A DNA stretch of 64,000 nt from Chthoniobacterales bacterium (GTDB lineage Bacteria; Verrucomicrobiota; Verrucomicrobiia; Chthoniobacterales; JACTMZ01). Both the position numbers and the translations under genes were made by a program. Each line of letters opens with the position of its first letter. Within the stretch, counting starts at the first letter, position 1. The stretch lies in assembly GCA_044343805.1 (NCBI GenBank), contig JBIJDZ010000002.1, forward strand, positions 5,402-69,401. The letters are read 5' to 3'. Below, piece by piece: positions 35,783-48,364 of the stretch. Below the pieces are notes generated by a model. It was not told where the DNA came from and made no database searches. It was given only the letters and a program-made list of their open reading frames with translations.

Positions 35783-36639
35783 CGCAGTATGGCAGCCGCA
35801 AGCTTGATGGCGGCGAGCATGCTGCCATGTTTGGCGCGGCCGGTTCCGGCGAGGTCAAAGGCGGTGCCATGATCGGGGCTGGTACGGGGAAAGGGGAGGC
35901 CGAGTGTCACGTTCACGCCGGTGTCGAAAGCGAGGAGTTTGAGAGGGATCAGTCCTTGGTCGTGATACATGCAAAGCACGGCATCGAACTCTCCCTGCGC
36001 CGCACGGTGAAAAACAGTATCCGGTGAAAGTGGACCGCTGAATTCTCCCGCGCGCGCTAGCTCGGCAATCGCCGGGGCGATGATCCGCTCCTCCTCGTCG
36101 CCGAATTGTCCGCCTTCGCCCGCGTGCGGATTCAATCCCGCCACGGCGATGCGGGGCGGGCGTCCCAGCCGCTGCTGCACGAACGCGGCTAGCAGGCGTC
36201 CGACACGGACGATCTCTGGGGTTTGCAGCAGCGAGGCGACATCGCGCACCGGCACGTGGATTGTGGTCAATGCAACGGTGAGCGGGCCACCGGTGAGACA
36301 CATGGCAAAATCGGTGATCCCGGCTCTGTCGGCGAAAAATTCCGTCTGTCCGGGAAAAGGAAAACCGACTTTGGCCATGGCTTTTTTGCAGATCGGGCCG
36401 GTGACCACGCCGTGGATCTCGCGTGATTGCAGAAGCCCGGCGGCCTCCTCCAAGGCTGCCCAAGCGGTCCTGGCAGACTCAGGGGTGGGCTTGCCCGGAG
36501 CGTGTTTTTCCGTCGACCCGATCACCCGGTAGTCGCAGAAGGCGGGAAGCCCATCGGAGGTCAGGCAGGCGCGAATGATTTCCGGTCCGATACCGGCCGG
36601 ATCGCCAATGGTGAGGCCAAGGACGGGGCGCGCTGGCAC
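35779..36639 (-). CDS. pdxA: 4-hydroxythreonine-4-phosphate dehydrogenase
   Basis: [27 protein letters not shown] and SPDHGTAFD motifs. The GTG at 36639 lies 2 nt after the surA-like stop and gives the usual N-terminal length. The ATG at 36687 is the alternative. Confidence 0.85.
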   Translation of the reverse strand: MPARPVLGLTIGDPAGIGPEIIRACLTSDGLPAFCDYRVIGSTEKHAPGKPTPESARTAWAALEEAAGLLQSREIHGVVTGPICKKAMAKVGFPFPGQTEFFADRAGITDFAMCLTGGPLTVALTTIHVPVRDVASLLQTPEIVRVGRLLAAFVQQRLGRPPRIAVAGLNPHAGEGGQFGDEEERIIAPAIAELARAGEFSGPLSPDTVFHRAAQGEFDAVLCMYHDQGLIPLKLLAFDTGVNVTLGLPFPRTSPDHGTAFDLAGTGRAKHGSMLAAIKLAAAILR

Positions 36640-36641
36640 GC

Positions 36642-37628
36642 TCAGTAGATTTTTACGTACGCCTTCTTGCGCAGGGTCTCGATCCATTGGTCCTGCAGGC
36701 GGAGACGCTCTTCCTCGAAAAGTTGCTTGCTGATTTCGTCACGCACTTCGCCGAGGGGGCGGGTCACAGCGGGTTTTTTGGCATCGACGCGCATGATGTA
36801 AAAGTTGTCGCCGAGCTGGATCACGTCGCTGAGTTGACCCGGCTTGAGCGAGAAAGCGATTTTGTTCAGCTCCGGGGTGAGCGTATTGCGGTCGATCCAT
36901 CCCCAATCGCCGCCCAAGTCGGCCGTGCTGTCGTCGGAATACATCTGCGCCATACCGGCGAATTCGGCGCCCTCCACCAGCTTTGTCCGAATCTCTTGGG
37001 CCATGGCCCGTTTGCTTTCGACCGGGTTTTCGGAGCCGTCGTTCTCCGCCCGCAGCACGATCATGCTGAGTTGGATTTCTTCGGGAGACGAATATTGGGC
37101 GATGTTTTTACGATAGAAGGCGGAGACTTTGTCGGGCGAAATAACGAAATCTGACCGCACGGCCCGCTGCCGCATGGCTTGCACGATGATTTTGTCGCGC
37201 TCGATCTCGCGGAAGCGAGCCAGGCTGAAGCCTTGGGCTTTCAAGGTGCGAACAAACGCGGTGCGGTCGCCGCCGAATTCTTCGCGCACAATCGTGTTGA
37301 TGCGGTCTTCGATGACATATTCGGGAATTTTGAATCCTTCGGATTTGAAGTGATCGATGATGAGCTGGCGATCGATGAGATCTTTGAGGGCGGCACTTTG
37401 CGATTCGCGCATTTTTTCCTGCATCTCGGCGCCTTCGTACATTTCGCCGAGTGAGCGCTGGCGAAACATGAGGATTTCGCGCACTTGGCCGTAGGTGATG
37501 ACGTTCGAGTTCACCACGGCAGCAATACCATCGACCATCCGTTCGCGGGATTGAGCCGGGGAAGGCAAGGGCAGCAGGGCAATAAACAGCGCAAGAACGC
37601 CAGAGCGGATATAGGCAGACAAGATCAC
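36642..37628 (-). CDS. SurA-like periplasmic chaperone / parvulin-type peptidyl-prolyl isomerase
   Basis: Signal peptide, a SurA_N-like region (VDGIAAVVNSNVITYGQV), and a parvulin domain (AQMYSDDSTADLGGDWGWI...GQLSDVIQLGDNFYIMRV). The surA-pdxA order matches many Proteobacteria. The GTG at 37628 overlaps the mfd stop (GTGA). Confidence 0.75.
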   Translation of the reverse strand: MILSAYIRSGVLALFIALLPLPSPAQSRERMVDGIAAVVNSNVITYGQVREILMFRQRSLGEMYEGAEMQEKMRESQSAALKDLIDRQLIIDHFKSEGFKIPEYVIEDRINTIVREEFGGDRTAFVRTLKAQGFSLARFREIERDKIIVQAMRQRAVRSDFVISPDKVSAFYRKNIAQYSSPEEIQLSMIVLRAENDGSENPVESKRAMAQEIRTKLVEGAEFAGMAQMYSDDSTADLGGDWGWIDRNTLTPELNKIAFSLKPGQLSDVIQLGDNFYIMRVDAKKPAVTRPLGEVRDEISKQLFEEERLRLQDQWIETLRKKAYVKIY

Positions 37629-40600
37629 AATTGCTGCAAGAGTGTAAGAATCTGGCGTAATTTCAAGGCGGGATCGCAAGATTCCAAGCGGGGGTGGCGA
37701 TGGCCGATCATGATGAAATCCCCGCCGCGCCGGAGACGGAGAACTTTTTCCTCCGTTTCCACGGATTCGATCCCCGCTGCAGCGGCCCGCAACCGGATGG
37801 CGGCGACTTTCAACAGATGGCGTGCGGGAGTTGGCAGCCTTCCGTATCGGTCACGCCAGAGGTTCTTGAGGCTGTCCAAAGCTGGTAAAGTCTCTGTCTC
37901 GGCCAGCTGACGGTGAGCGGAGATGCGCTCATGCGGGTCGGCAATATAATCGGCCGGAAGCCACGCTGGGAGTTGCCCCTCGACGAGTTGGGCAGGGTCG
38001 GAGGCCACAAAGTCGAGCGCCACGCGTATGTCGGGTCGGCCCGGGGTTTTATCGCCTTTGAGTTTGGCCACGGCGGACTTGAGGAGGCGGCAATAAAACT
38101 CGAAACCTATCGCCAGAATGTGGCCACTTTGTTCGGTCCCGAGGATGTTGCCGGCGCCGCGAATTTCGAGATCTCGCATGGCGACGCGAAAACCCGCCCC
38201 GAGGCTGGAGTATTGGCGGATGGCCGCAATGCGTTTGCGGGCTTCGCCGACCCCCATCATGTCGCGCGGAAGCAGCAGATAGGCGTAAGCTTTGTGGTTC
38301 GATCTGCCCACGCGCCCACGCAACTGGTAGAGGTCGGCCAAGCCGAAGCGGTCGGCGCGGTCGATGATGATCGTGTTGGCATTCGGAATATCGAGCCCGC
38401 TTTCAATGATGGAGGTGCAAAGCAGTATATCCGCGTCGCCGCGGACGAAGGTGGACATGACGTCCTCCAACTCCTCCTCGGGCATTTGTCCGTGGCCGGT
38501 GAGGATGCGGGCGTCGGGCACCAGCTCCCTGAGGCGCTTTTCGAGGACGCCGATAGATTTGATGCGGTTGTGCAGGAAGTAAACTTGTCCGCCGCGGTTG
38601 AGTTCGCGACGAATGGCGTCACGGATAATTCGCTCATCGTAGCCGCAAATGACCGTTTCGATGGGAATGCGATTGGCGGGCGGGGTTTCGATCGTGCTCA
38701 TGTCGCGGGCCCCAAGAAGCGAGAGATAGAGAGTGCGCGGGATCGGCGTGGCGGAAAGAGTGAGCACATCCACACGGCGGAAGTTTTCTTTGAGGCGCTC
38801 CTTGTGCAGCACGCCAAAGCGTTGCTCTTCGTCCACGATCACGAGTCCGAGATTTTTGAAAGCGACATCTTTACCGAGCAGACGATGTGTGCCGACCACG
38901 ATGTCCACGCTCCCATCGCGCAGGCCCGCCAGAGTTTCGCGTTGCTGCTTGGGCGTGCGAAAGCGGCTTAGCAAGCCGATGCTCACAGGGTAATCCGACA
39001 TGCGCTCACGCAGGGTCTGCCAGTGCTGTTGAGCAAGAACCGTGGTCGGCGCGAGGAAGGCGACTTGTCGCTCGCCCATGACGGCCTTGAAGGCCGCGCG
39101 AATGGCGACCTCGGTTTTGCCGAAGCCCACGTCGCCGCACACCAGGCGGTCCATCGGGCGGGTGGATTCCATGTCGCGCTTGGCGTCCTCGATGGCACGG
39201 AGTTGGTCGAGGGTTTCCTTGAAGGGAAAAGAATCTTCGAACTCGCGTTGCCAGGTGTTGTCTCCAGGAAAAGTGATCCCCGGCTCCGACTCCCGCTCGG
39301 CTTGCAGGCGGAGCAGTTTCTCTGCGTAGGCGAGGACCGATTTTTCAGCACGTGAGCGAGCGCGTTGCCAGCGGCCGTCTCCCAGCTCACTGAGCGCCGG
39401 ATTTTTGCGTCCGATGCCGACATAGCGGGAGACTTTCCATCCTTGGTCCAAGGGGACATAAAGCTTCGCTCCGCGGGCAAACTCGAGGGTAAGGACCTCG
39501 CCGGCGCTCTCCTGACCCGGCAAAAGATGCAGTCCACGGTAACGCGCAATGCCGTAATCGAGATGAACTACCAGATCGTCCTCGGAGAATTCATCGAATC
39601 GGAGGGTCTGTCGGGCAACCGCTGCCCGGGCGCGTTGCCAACCGCCGCGCCGGGCCTCCAGGCTGTGAGCGCGGCCGAAAATTTCCGCATCCGTGAGGAG
39701 AGCTAGCTTGGCATCAGCCAGAGTGAATCCGCGGGCCAGCGTGCCGATGATCACCGAAAGATCGCGGAGCGCGTCTGTGCCGCCCGCAGCCAACTCCCGC
39801 AGACGCGTCGCTTCGCCTTCGTTGGCGCAAATGATCTGCACCGTCCATCCATCTTCCTGCCATTGTCTGATCTGGCGGAAAAGATCGCGCCGGCGTTGCT
39901 CCAGCAAAACGATGTCGCCTGCGGCGAAATCGCCGACCGGATGATCCGAGGCCAGGATTTCGATGGCAGGTTCATCGGCGAGGGCGGGGCCGGAATGGAT
40001 TTGCACGGGGGCATCAGGTTCGGCGTTTTCGACCGAGATAAAAATCGCATCTTTTGGCAAATAATGGCGCACGGTCGCATCCTGATCTTCCGAGCCGTCG
40101 ACGAGCGCCAGTTCGCAGGCGGGTAGATTTTCGACCGAACGTTGCGAGTCAGGATCGTATGAACGGAGCGACTCGAGTTCGTCCCCGAAAAATTCCAAGC
40201 GCACCGGCCAGATCGTCTGCCACGGAAAAACATCCACGATGCCGCCGCGCACAGCGAATTGTCCGCGCTCGGAGGCCGAGGTGACATGCTGAAAACCGGC
40301 TTTCTCCAACTGTTCGGCCAAATCGCCGAGCGGCAGCGATTGGCCGCGCTCGAGACGCAGGATGCGCTGTTCCAATTTTAGCGGCGAGGGTGCGGGATGA
40401 TCGAGTCCGTCAGCGGTGAGAACAACCAACGGTGCGTGACCGGTGGCCAGCTTACGCAAAGCGGCCAAACGGGCGGCAGCGAGTTCGGCATCGGGAGCTC
40501 CGATCCCCGTGACGGCGAGTTCAAGTTCGGGCACCAGCAGGGCCTCTGGTTCCCAGAACAGCAGGTCGTGGAAAAATTCCTCCTGACGTTTGACATCCGG

Positions 40601-40771
40601 ACAAACGATGCAGACCGGTTTCGCGCATCGGCGGGCCAGCCATGCCGCCAAAAATGGCTGGGCCGGTGCCGCCACGCCGCCGGCCACAGCGGATCGTCCG
40701 GATTTGATGGCGGCCAGCCATTGTCGCGCGGCGGGACTGTCATCGCCGACGGACAGGAGTTTGTTGTTCAC
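37625..40771 (-). CDS. mfd: Transcription-repair coupling factor
   Basis: About 1050 aa. GDVGFGKTEVA, DEEQRFGV, QLRGRVGRS, the RNAP-interacting and TRG regions. The GTG at 40771 overlaps the upstream stop (GTGA); the track start is TTG 40795. Confidence 0.92.
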   Translation of the reverse strand: MNNKLLSVGDDSPAARQWLAAIKSGRSAVAGGVAAPAQPFLAAWLARRCAKPVCIVCPDVKRQEEFFHDLLFWEPEALLVPELELAVTGIGAPDAELAAARLAALRKLATGHAPLVVLTADGLDHPAPSPLKLEQRILRLERGQSLPLGDLAEQLEKAGFQHVTSASERGQFAVRGGIVDVFPWQTIWPVRLEFFGDELESLRSYDPDSQRSVENLPACELALVDGSEDQDATVRHYLPKDAIFISVENAEPDAPVQIHSGPALADEPAIEILASDHPVGDFAAGDIVLLEQRRRDLFRQIRQWQEDGWTVQIICANEGEATRLRELAAGGTDALRDLSVIIGTLARGFTLADAKLALLTDAEIFGRAHSLEARRGGWQRARAAVARQTLRFDEFSEDDLVVHLDYGIARYRGLHLLPGQESAGEVLTLEFARGAKLYVPLDQGWKVSRYVGIGRKNPALSELGDGRWQRARSRAEKSVLAYAEKLLRLQAERESEPGITFPGDNTWQREFEDSFPFKETLDQLRAIEDAKRDMESTRPMDRLVCGDVGFGKTEVAIRAAFKAVMGERQVAFLAPTTVLAQQHWQTLRERMSDYPVSIGLLSRFRTPKQQRETLAGLRDGSVDIVVGTHRLLGKDVAFKNLGLVIVDEEQRFGVLHKERLKENFRRVDVLTLSATPIPRTLYLSLLGARDMSTIETPPANRIPIETVICGYDERIIRDAIRRELNRGGQVYFLHNRIKSIGVLEKRLRELVPDARILTGHGQMPEEELEDVMSTFVRGDADILLCTSIIESGLDIPNANTIIIDRADRFGLADLYQLRGRVGRSNHKAYAYLLLPRDMMGVGEARKRIAAIRQYSSLGAGFRVAMRDLEIRGAGNILGTEQSGHILAIGFEFYCRLLKSAVAKLKGDKTPGRPDIRVALDFVASDPAQLVEGQLPAWLPADYIADPHERISAHRQLAETETLPALDSLKNLWRDRYGRLPTPARHLLKVAAIRLRAAAAGIESVETEEKVLRLRRGGDFIMIGHRHPRLESCDPALKLRQILTLLQQL

Positions 40772-41538
40772 GGGATCAGTTTTTCCCGACGGCAAGTGTC
40801 GCGCAAGGAGAGCCCGAGCGAGCCGGGCGTGATGGATCCGAGATGAAGAGGCATGACGCCGAGACGGCTGTTCGTCATGAAAATTTCCTCGACCTCGCCA
40901 AGGTGATCCGAGGGAAATTCAATTTCATGAACGTGGTGGTGCTGCATGACCCACGAGCGGAGCACGCCGGGCCGGACATCAAGCGTAAGGGCAGGTGTGC
41001 AGAGATCGGAGTTCATCACGAAAAAGACATTCCCGAAGGCGGCGGAGAGAAGAAGCCCGTCCTTGTTCGAGATGAGGGCGTGGTCGAAGTCGCCGGCTCG
41101 GGCGGCGGCTTGGGCGGCGCACTGCGCCCAATAATTGCCGGTTTTTTGGCCGCGGGCAAACGGCGTCACAGGTTCCGGGTAAAGATAAGCCTTTTGCGAA
41201 TCGGGTTGTGATGCGCCGGCAGTGCTTTCGAAGATGGCAAAGGTGCGCGGGTCTTTCACGGGATCGACCGGCGATCCGTCACCTGCGGTGAGGTAAATAC
41301 GGAGGACACCGTAATCCGAAGACGTGAGTTCCGGCAGGCTGGGCACGGAGTAATCAACGCCGAGGAGGCGGTGCGAATTTTCTTTGAGCAGGGCCAGATG
41401 CTCTTCGCGAAAGAGCGGCACACCCTCGCGCACGGCGATTGTTTCGAAAATCGACATGCCGTAGCGGACGGCACGATCGGTCACGGGGAGTGAGGCGCCG
41501 GACTGCCAACCGTCTTGCAATAACGACCACTCGCGCAT
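40768..41538 (-). CDS. Class IV aminotransferase-fold enzyme (aminodeoxychorismate lyase-like)
   Basis: DRAVRYGMSIFETI and FGNVFFV...LCTPALTLDVRPGVLR, the fold-type IV PLP pattern. The ATG at 41538 is 8 nt after the upstream stop. Confidence 0.65.
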   Translation of the reverse strand: MREWSLLQDGWQSGASLPVTDRAVRYGMSIFETIAVREGVPLFREEHLALLKENSHRLLGVDYSVPSLPELTSSDYGVLRIYLTAGDGSPVDPVKDPRTFAIFESTAGASQPDSQKAYLYPEPVTPFARGQKTGNYWAQCAAQAAARAGDFDHALISNKDGLLLSAAFGNVFFVMNSDLCTPALTLDVRPGVLRSWVMQHHHVHEIEFPSDHLGEVEEIFMTNSRLGVMPLHLGSITPGSLGLSLRDTCRREKLIP

Positions 41539-41546
41539 TGCGGCTT

Positions 41547-42974
41547 TCACTTTTCCTCGGAGCGCAGGTGTTCCAGTCGTTTGCGCAGAGTGGCCCGGGT
41601 GATGCCGAGGAGTTTGGCTGCCCGCACTTGATTCTGTTTGGTGGACTCCATGGCGCGGCGGGTGAATTCCGTTTCCAGCCATGGCAACAACTCGAGACCG
41701 GGCTGGACCGATGCGGCCTCGAAGAGCAAAGCCACGGCTTCATCGATGCTTTGCGGTGCATCTCCGGCCGCATGGTCCATTTCTTTGGCCTTGGTCACGG
41801 GGTTGTGTCCGAGCGGAAGATCCTTCGGCAAGAGCACGTCGGAGGTGGCCAGCACTGCGGCGCGTTGAATGGTATTTTCCAGTTCGCGCACATTGCCCGG
41901 CCAAGGATGACTCTGCAGGACTTCGATCGCTTCCTTGCTGAGTTGCAACTGGGGCTTGAGTTTGCGGGCCGCCACGCGCTTGAGGAAGTATTCGGCCAGC
42001 AGCGGGATGTCCTCCTTGCGATTGCGCAACGGCGGAAGGTGCAGGCGCACGACGTTGAGACGGTAAAAAAGGTCCTCGCGAAACTTTTTCTCCGTTACCT
42101 CGGTTTCGAGGTTTTTGTTGGTGGCAGCGACAATGCGGACGTCGGTCGTGATCGTCTGGTTGCCGCCGACGCGGGAGAAAGTGCCGTCCTGCAAGACGCG
42201 GAGGAGTTTGCTCTGGATGGCGAGGGGCATGTCTCCGATTTCATCCAAGAAAAGCGTCCCTCCGTCGCACTGCTCGAAGCGACCGATCCGTTGAGCGCTG
42301 GCCCCGGTGAACGAGCCTTTTTCGTGTCCGAAGAGTTCACTTTCGAGAAGGTTCTCGGGGATGGCAGCGCAGTTGATGGCGAGAAAGGGGCGGTCATGTC
42401 GCGCGCTGTATTGGTGGATGGCGCGGGCGACGAGTTCTTTGCCCGAGCCGCTTTCTCCGGTGATCATGACCGCGGCATCGCTGTTCGAGATGCGGCCGAT
42501 CATTTTGAAAACCTCCTGCATGGCCGCCGAACTGCCGACAATGCTATCTTGGTGCTGCTCGACAGTCAGGCTCGGCTCGAAAGCGCGGGCTTGGCGCGTT
42601 TCGGTGGCGGCTTTGAGGGCTGAATCGACGACGATTTTAAGATTGAAGGGAAGCTGTTCCTTGCGGACGAAATCGAACGCCCCAAGGCGCATTGACTCGA
42701 TGACGCTTTGCGTGGTGCCGAGCGCGCCGGTGATGATGACGAGGGCGTTCGGATCACGTTTGCGCAGGCGGGCGAGCAACTCGAGGCCGCTGTGCGTTCC
42801 GAGCCGCATTTCCGTAATGACCACGAGGGGGTTTTCCGCACAGAAAAGCTTGAAGGCTTCCTCGGCATTATCCGCGGTGATGACGTTCACGTCTTTGGCC
42901 CCGAGCTGATGCTGCGCCCAATCGAGGAAGTCCGGATCGGGATCGGCCACAAGGATGGTTTGTTTGTCGGGCAT
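41547..42974 (-). CDS. Sigma-54-dependent transcriptional activator (NtrC family: receiver-AAA+-Fis HTH) with Glu at the phospho-acceptor position
   Basis: Walker A GESGSGKE, a GSFTGA loop (GAFTGA variant), ESELFGHEKG, Walker B LFLDEIG, and a C-terminal HTH AAKLLGITRATLRKRL. The receiver reads VVITEMRLG where NtrC has LLSDIRMPG. Confidence 0.85.
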   Translation of the reverse strand: MPDKQTILVADPDPDFLDWAQHQLGAKDVNVITADNAEEAFKLFCAENPLVVITEMRLGTHSGLELLARLRKRDPNALVIITGALGTTQSVIESMRLGAFDFVRKEQLPFNLKIVVDSALKAATETRQARAFEPSLTVEQHQDSIVGSSAAMQEVFKMIGRISNSDAAVMITGESGSGKELVARAIHQYSARHDRPFLAINCAAIPENLLESELFGHEKGSFTGASAQRIGRFEQCDGGTLFLDEIGDMPLAIQSKLLRVLQDGTFSRVGGNQTITTDVRIVAATNKNLETEVTEKKFREDLFYRLNVVRLHLPPLRNRKEDIPLLAEYFLKRVAARKLKPQLQLSKEAIEVLQSHPWPGNVRELENTIQRAAVLATSDVLLPKDLPLGHNPVTKAKEMDHAAGDAPQSIDEAVALLFEAASVQPGLELLPWLETEFTRRAMESTKQNQVRAAKLLGITRATLRKRLEHLRSEEK

Positions 42975-42985
42975 GATGCAGATGG

Positions 42986-44979
<1,994 letters not shown>

Positions 44980-45067
44980 TCAATGCTCGGCCGTGGCAGG
45001 ATGGGGCACACGACGCAAACGGGGCTGTTTTTCACAAAAGCAGCGCAACAGCAAGCAGAACCTTGGT

Positions 45068-46036
45068 TCAGACCGCTGGCTCTAAGAAAATTTTTCCCTC
45101 CCGTCGGCGCACGTGGCGTCCCTGCGGAACATTCATTTTGGCGGGACCGGTGATGGATAGAGCCATGTGACGGACACATTCGACCGTGGCGAAATTCGGT
45201 TCAATTTTTGCGTGGAGACGCAGCCATGCCCGCAGGAGGCGGCGTTGTCGGGCCAGCGGCATCGCGCGCAAAGACCGCTTGTCCAGTTCGACGGAGCGAG
45301 CATCATCGGCCACCAATTCTTCGATCCAATCATTCTCGGCGGCGAGGATTTCCGCCGCCCGGACCAAGGCAGGAACGGGATCAAAGCCGATGGCTCTGGA
45401 CAAAGCCGGCAGCACATCGTGCCGCAGCCGGTTGCGGGTGTGGTGGCGCGAGAGGTTGGTTTCATCCTCGCAAAAATCGAGTTTCCGGGATGCGGCATAG
45501 CTTTCGATTTCGGAGCGGGTGAAGCCAACCAAAGGACGGATGAGGGTCGCCGGTGTACCCTCGAGCGGCGAGGCAAGCCGCAAACTGGCCAAACCGGCTG
45601 GTCCGCTGCCGCGGGCGAGATGAAACAAGAGCGTCTCGGCGACATCGCCGCTGTGGTGGGCGAGAAAAATACGCGGGGCTTGGTATTTCTTTGCGGTGCG
45701 GGCGAAGAAAGATCGCCGCAACTTCCGCGCGGCCTCCTCGATTGTCTCGCGGTGTTTTCTGGCCCGGGGGCGTGTCTTGCCTCGGGCAACGACGCAGGGA
45801 GTTTTGTTTTTCCGCGCCAACTGTCGGACGAACTCGGCATCGCGGTCCGCTGTTGCGCCCCGCAGGCCGTGATGGAAGTGGGCCACGATGAGCTGACGGA
45901 ACTTGGCCCGCCGCAGCAGGTCGAACAGCACCACGGAGTCGCAGCCACCCGAGACACCGACAACGGCCGGTTCCTTGCGCGGCAAGCTTTCCACCAACGG
46001 CAGAATCCGCGGAAGGAGGTCGTCCGTTTTTTTCAT
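45068..46036 (-). CDS. tilS: tRNA(Ile)-lysidine synthase
   Basis: PP-loop VGVSGGCDSVVL, AHFHHGLRG and HHSGDVAETLLFHLARG. The ATG at 46036 is 4 nt after the serS stop. Confidence 0.85.
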   Translation of the reverse strand: MKKTDDLLPRILPLVESLPRKEPAVVGVSGGCDSVVLFDLLRRAKFRQLIVAHFHHGLRGATADRDAEFVRQLARKNKTPCVVARGKTRPRARKHRETIEEAARKLRRSFFARTAKKYQAPRIFLAHHSGDVAETLLFHLARGSGPAGLASLRLASPLEGTPATLIRPLVGFTRSEIESYAASRKLDFCEDETNLSRHHTRNRLRHDVLPALSRAIGFDPVPALVRAAEILAAENDWIEELVADDARSVELDKRSLRAMPLARQRRLLRAWLRLHAKIEPNFATVECVRHMALSITGPAKMNVPQGRHVRRREGKIFLEPAV

Positions 46037-46040
46037 GCGC

Positions 46041-47315
46041 TCAGGCGAGCGTGAGCCGCGCGGCACCAAAGTAAGGTTGCAGCGGTTCAGGCAAATGCAC
46101 TGTGCCGTCGGGCTGCTGCCCGTTTTCCAGCAGGGCAACATAGAGCCTGGCCAACGCGGTGCCCGAGCCATTGAGCGTGTGACAGAATTGGTTTTTGCCA
46201 TCCGCTCCCTTGTATCGCAGGGCCATGCGGCGCGCTTGGTAGTCGCCGAAACTCGAGCAGCTGGAAACCTCTAGCCAGCCGCCGTGGCCCGGTGCCCAGA
46301 CTTCGAGGTCGTAGGTGCGGCAAGCACTGAAGCCAAGGTCGCCCGCGCACAGCTCGATCACGCGGTAAGGCAGCCCGAGCAGTTGCAGCACGCGCTCGGC
46401 ATCGGCGGTGAGTGATTCAAGTTCGACGGAGGAGTTTTCCGTCGCGGTGATTTTGACCAGTTCGACTTTGTCGAACTGGTGCATGCGGATGAGGCCGCGT
46501 GTGTCGCGTCCGGTCGAGCCGGCCTCGCGGCGGAAGCATGGCGTGTAGGCGACGTAGCGGAGCGGGAGTTTGTCGGCGGCGAGGATTTCGTCGCGGTGGA
46601 AGTTGGTCACCGGCACCTCGGCCGTGGGAATGAGGAATAGGTCGCTTGCGGTCACGCCGAAAAGGTCGGCCTCGAATTTCGGGAGCTGGCCGGTGCCGGT
46701 CATGGTCGCGCGATTGACCAAATACGGCGGGCTCATTTCGGTGTAGCCGTGGTCGCGGGTGTGGAGATCGAGGAGGAAGTTGAGCAGGGCGCGTTCGAGG
46801 CGGGCGCCCGCGCCGGTGTAGCACATGAACCCGCTGCCGCTGAGTTTGGCGCCACGCTCGGGATCGAATAGCCCGAGCCGTGTCCCGAGGGTCACATGAT
46901 CCTGGGCGTCGGCGATCGCCGGTGGGCTACCCCAGGTGCGCAGGACAGGATTGGCCGAGGCATCGGCGCCGTGCGGGATGGCGTCGTGGGGAATATTAGG
47001 GATAGAGAGCAAAAGATCGCGCTGTCGGGCATCCGCGGCGGCGGAGGCTTGTTGGAGGGACTCCATTTCGGCGCCCATGCGTTTGGATTCGTCCTCCAAA
47101 GCGGAGCTGTCCTCTTTTTTCGAACGCAGTGCACCAATCTCTTTACTCAGGCGCTTGCGCTCGGTCTGCAAATGCTGCCAGCGTGTCTCGTTAGTGCGGC
47201 GTTCGGTGTCGGCCGCGAGAACTTCGTCGATCAAAGCGGCGTGCAGTCCGCCACGGAGGGCGAGGCGGGCTTTGACGGCGTCCGGGTTTTCACGGATTTG
47301 GCGGATATCGAGCAT
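46041..47315 (-). CDS. serS: Seryl-tRNA synthetase
   Basis: N-terminal coiled-coil [10 protein letters not shown]..., and class II motifs ([16 protein letters not shown]). Confidence 0.95.
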   Translation of the reverse strand: MLDIRQIRENPDAVKARLALRGGLHAALIDEVLAADTERRTNETRWQHLQTERKRLSKEIGALRSKKEDSSALEDESKRMGAEMESLQQASAAADARQRDLLLSIPNIPHDAIPHGADASANPVLRTWGSPPAIADAQDHVTLGTRLGLFDPERGAKLSGSGFMCYTGAGARLERALLNFLLDLHTRDHGYTEMSPPYLVNRATMTGTGQLPKFEADLFGVTASDLFLIPTAEVPVTNFHRDEILAADKLPLRYVAYTPCFRREAGSTGRDTRGLIRMHQFDKVELVKITATENSSVELESLTADAERVLQLLGLPYRVIELCAGDLGFSACRTYDLEVWAPGHGGWLEVSSCSSFGDYQARRMALRYKGADGKNQFCHTLNGSGTALARLYVALLENGQQPDGTVHLPEPLQPYFGAARLTLA

Positions 47316-47416
47316 GGTGCCGGGAGCGTAGCGCGGAGGCGCCCCAAAGCAAAGCTGCGGAATCTTTTCGTGTCAGCGCGCTGCCCGCCGCTGTATAGTC
47401 CGACAAATTTTTCACC

Positions 47417-48358
47417 GTGGAATTTCGCGACTATTACAAAACGCTCGGCGTGGCCAAATCGGCCTCGGCTGACGAGATCAAAAAGGCTTTCCGTAAACTC
47501 GCCCGGCAGCACCATCCCGACTTGGCGCAGGACAAAAAGGCGGCCGAAGAGAAGTTCAAGGAAATCAACGAGGCCTACGAGGTGCTCAGCGATCCGGAGA
47601 AGCGGAAAAAATACGACGAACTCGGGCCCAATTGGCAGCAGGCCGGCGCGGGCTACCGTCCGTCGCCGGGAGGTGGCGCTTACGCGGGAGGTTTCCCTGG
47701 AGGCTTCGGCGGGTCAGGGGAAGAGGAATTCCAATTCGGCGGCACGGGGTTCAGCGACTTTTTCGAGGCGTTCTTCGGTCGTGCCGCACGGGGAGGCCGG
47801 CGGGGCAGCGCCTTTTACGGCGAAGAGATGCCGTTGCGAGGGCAGGATGCCGAGGCGGACATCATGGTGACCTTGGAGGAGGCGCTGCATGGCTCGACGC
47901 GGCAGATTTCATTCACTCGCGGGCGTTCGGGCAAAGTCGAGACCTACACGGTGAAAATTCCGAAGGGTGTGCGCGAGGGGCAGCGCATCCGCCTGGCTGG
48001 CATCGGCGGGGAAGGCCGCGGCGGCGGCGAGGCTGGCGATCTTTATTTGCGCGTTCGCTTCGAACGGCATCCGGAGTTTACCGTCGAAGGGGCCGATGTG
48101 ATTCACGAGGTCGAGTTGCCGGTGACCCAAGCCGTGCTCGGTTGCGAAGTGACGATGCCGACTTTGGACGGGCGGGCGAAATTTAAGATTCCAGCGGGGA
48201 CGCAAAACGGCCGCAAGTTCCGCCTGCCCGGCAAAGGAATGCCCCAGCGCGGCGGAGCCCGGGGAGATTTTTACGCGGTGATCGACGTGCAGTTGCCGAC
48301 GTCTCTCACGGCCGCGCAACGCGAAGCTTGGGAAGCGGTCGCCCGCGCAGGAACATGA
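47417..48358 (+). CDS. cbpA: CbpA-type J-domain co-chaperone (J domain, G/F region and DnaJ C-terminal domains, no zinc finger)
   Basis: DYYKTLGV...HPD motif, a Gly/Phe-rich linker, and DnaJ_C repeats. CxxCxGxG motifs are absent. GTG start. Confidence 0.8.
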   Translation: MEFRDYYKTLGVAKSASADEIKKAFRKLARQHHPDLAQDKKAAEEKFKEINEAYEVLSDPEKRKKYDELGPNWQQAGAGYRPSPGGGAYAGGFPGGFGGSGEEEFQFGGTGFSDFFEAFFGRAARGGRRGSAFYGEEMPLRGQDAEADIMVTLEEALHGSTRQISFTRGRSGKVETYTVKIPKGVREGQRIRLAGIGGEGRGGGEAGDLYLRVRFERHPEFTVEGADVIHEVELPVTQAVLGCEVTMPTLDGRAKFKIPAGTQNGRKFRLPGKGMPQRGGARGDFYAVIDVQLPTSLTAAQREAWEAVARAGT

Positions 48359-48364
48359 CGTGCC

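Noticed and set aside
41439-42623. 394-aa plus-strand ORF
   Set aside because: It is antisense to the sigma-54 activator AAA+ domain. Its low-complexity Gly/Ala/Arg/Glu composition is a classic high-GC shadow ORF.
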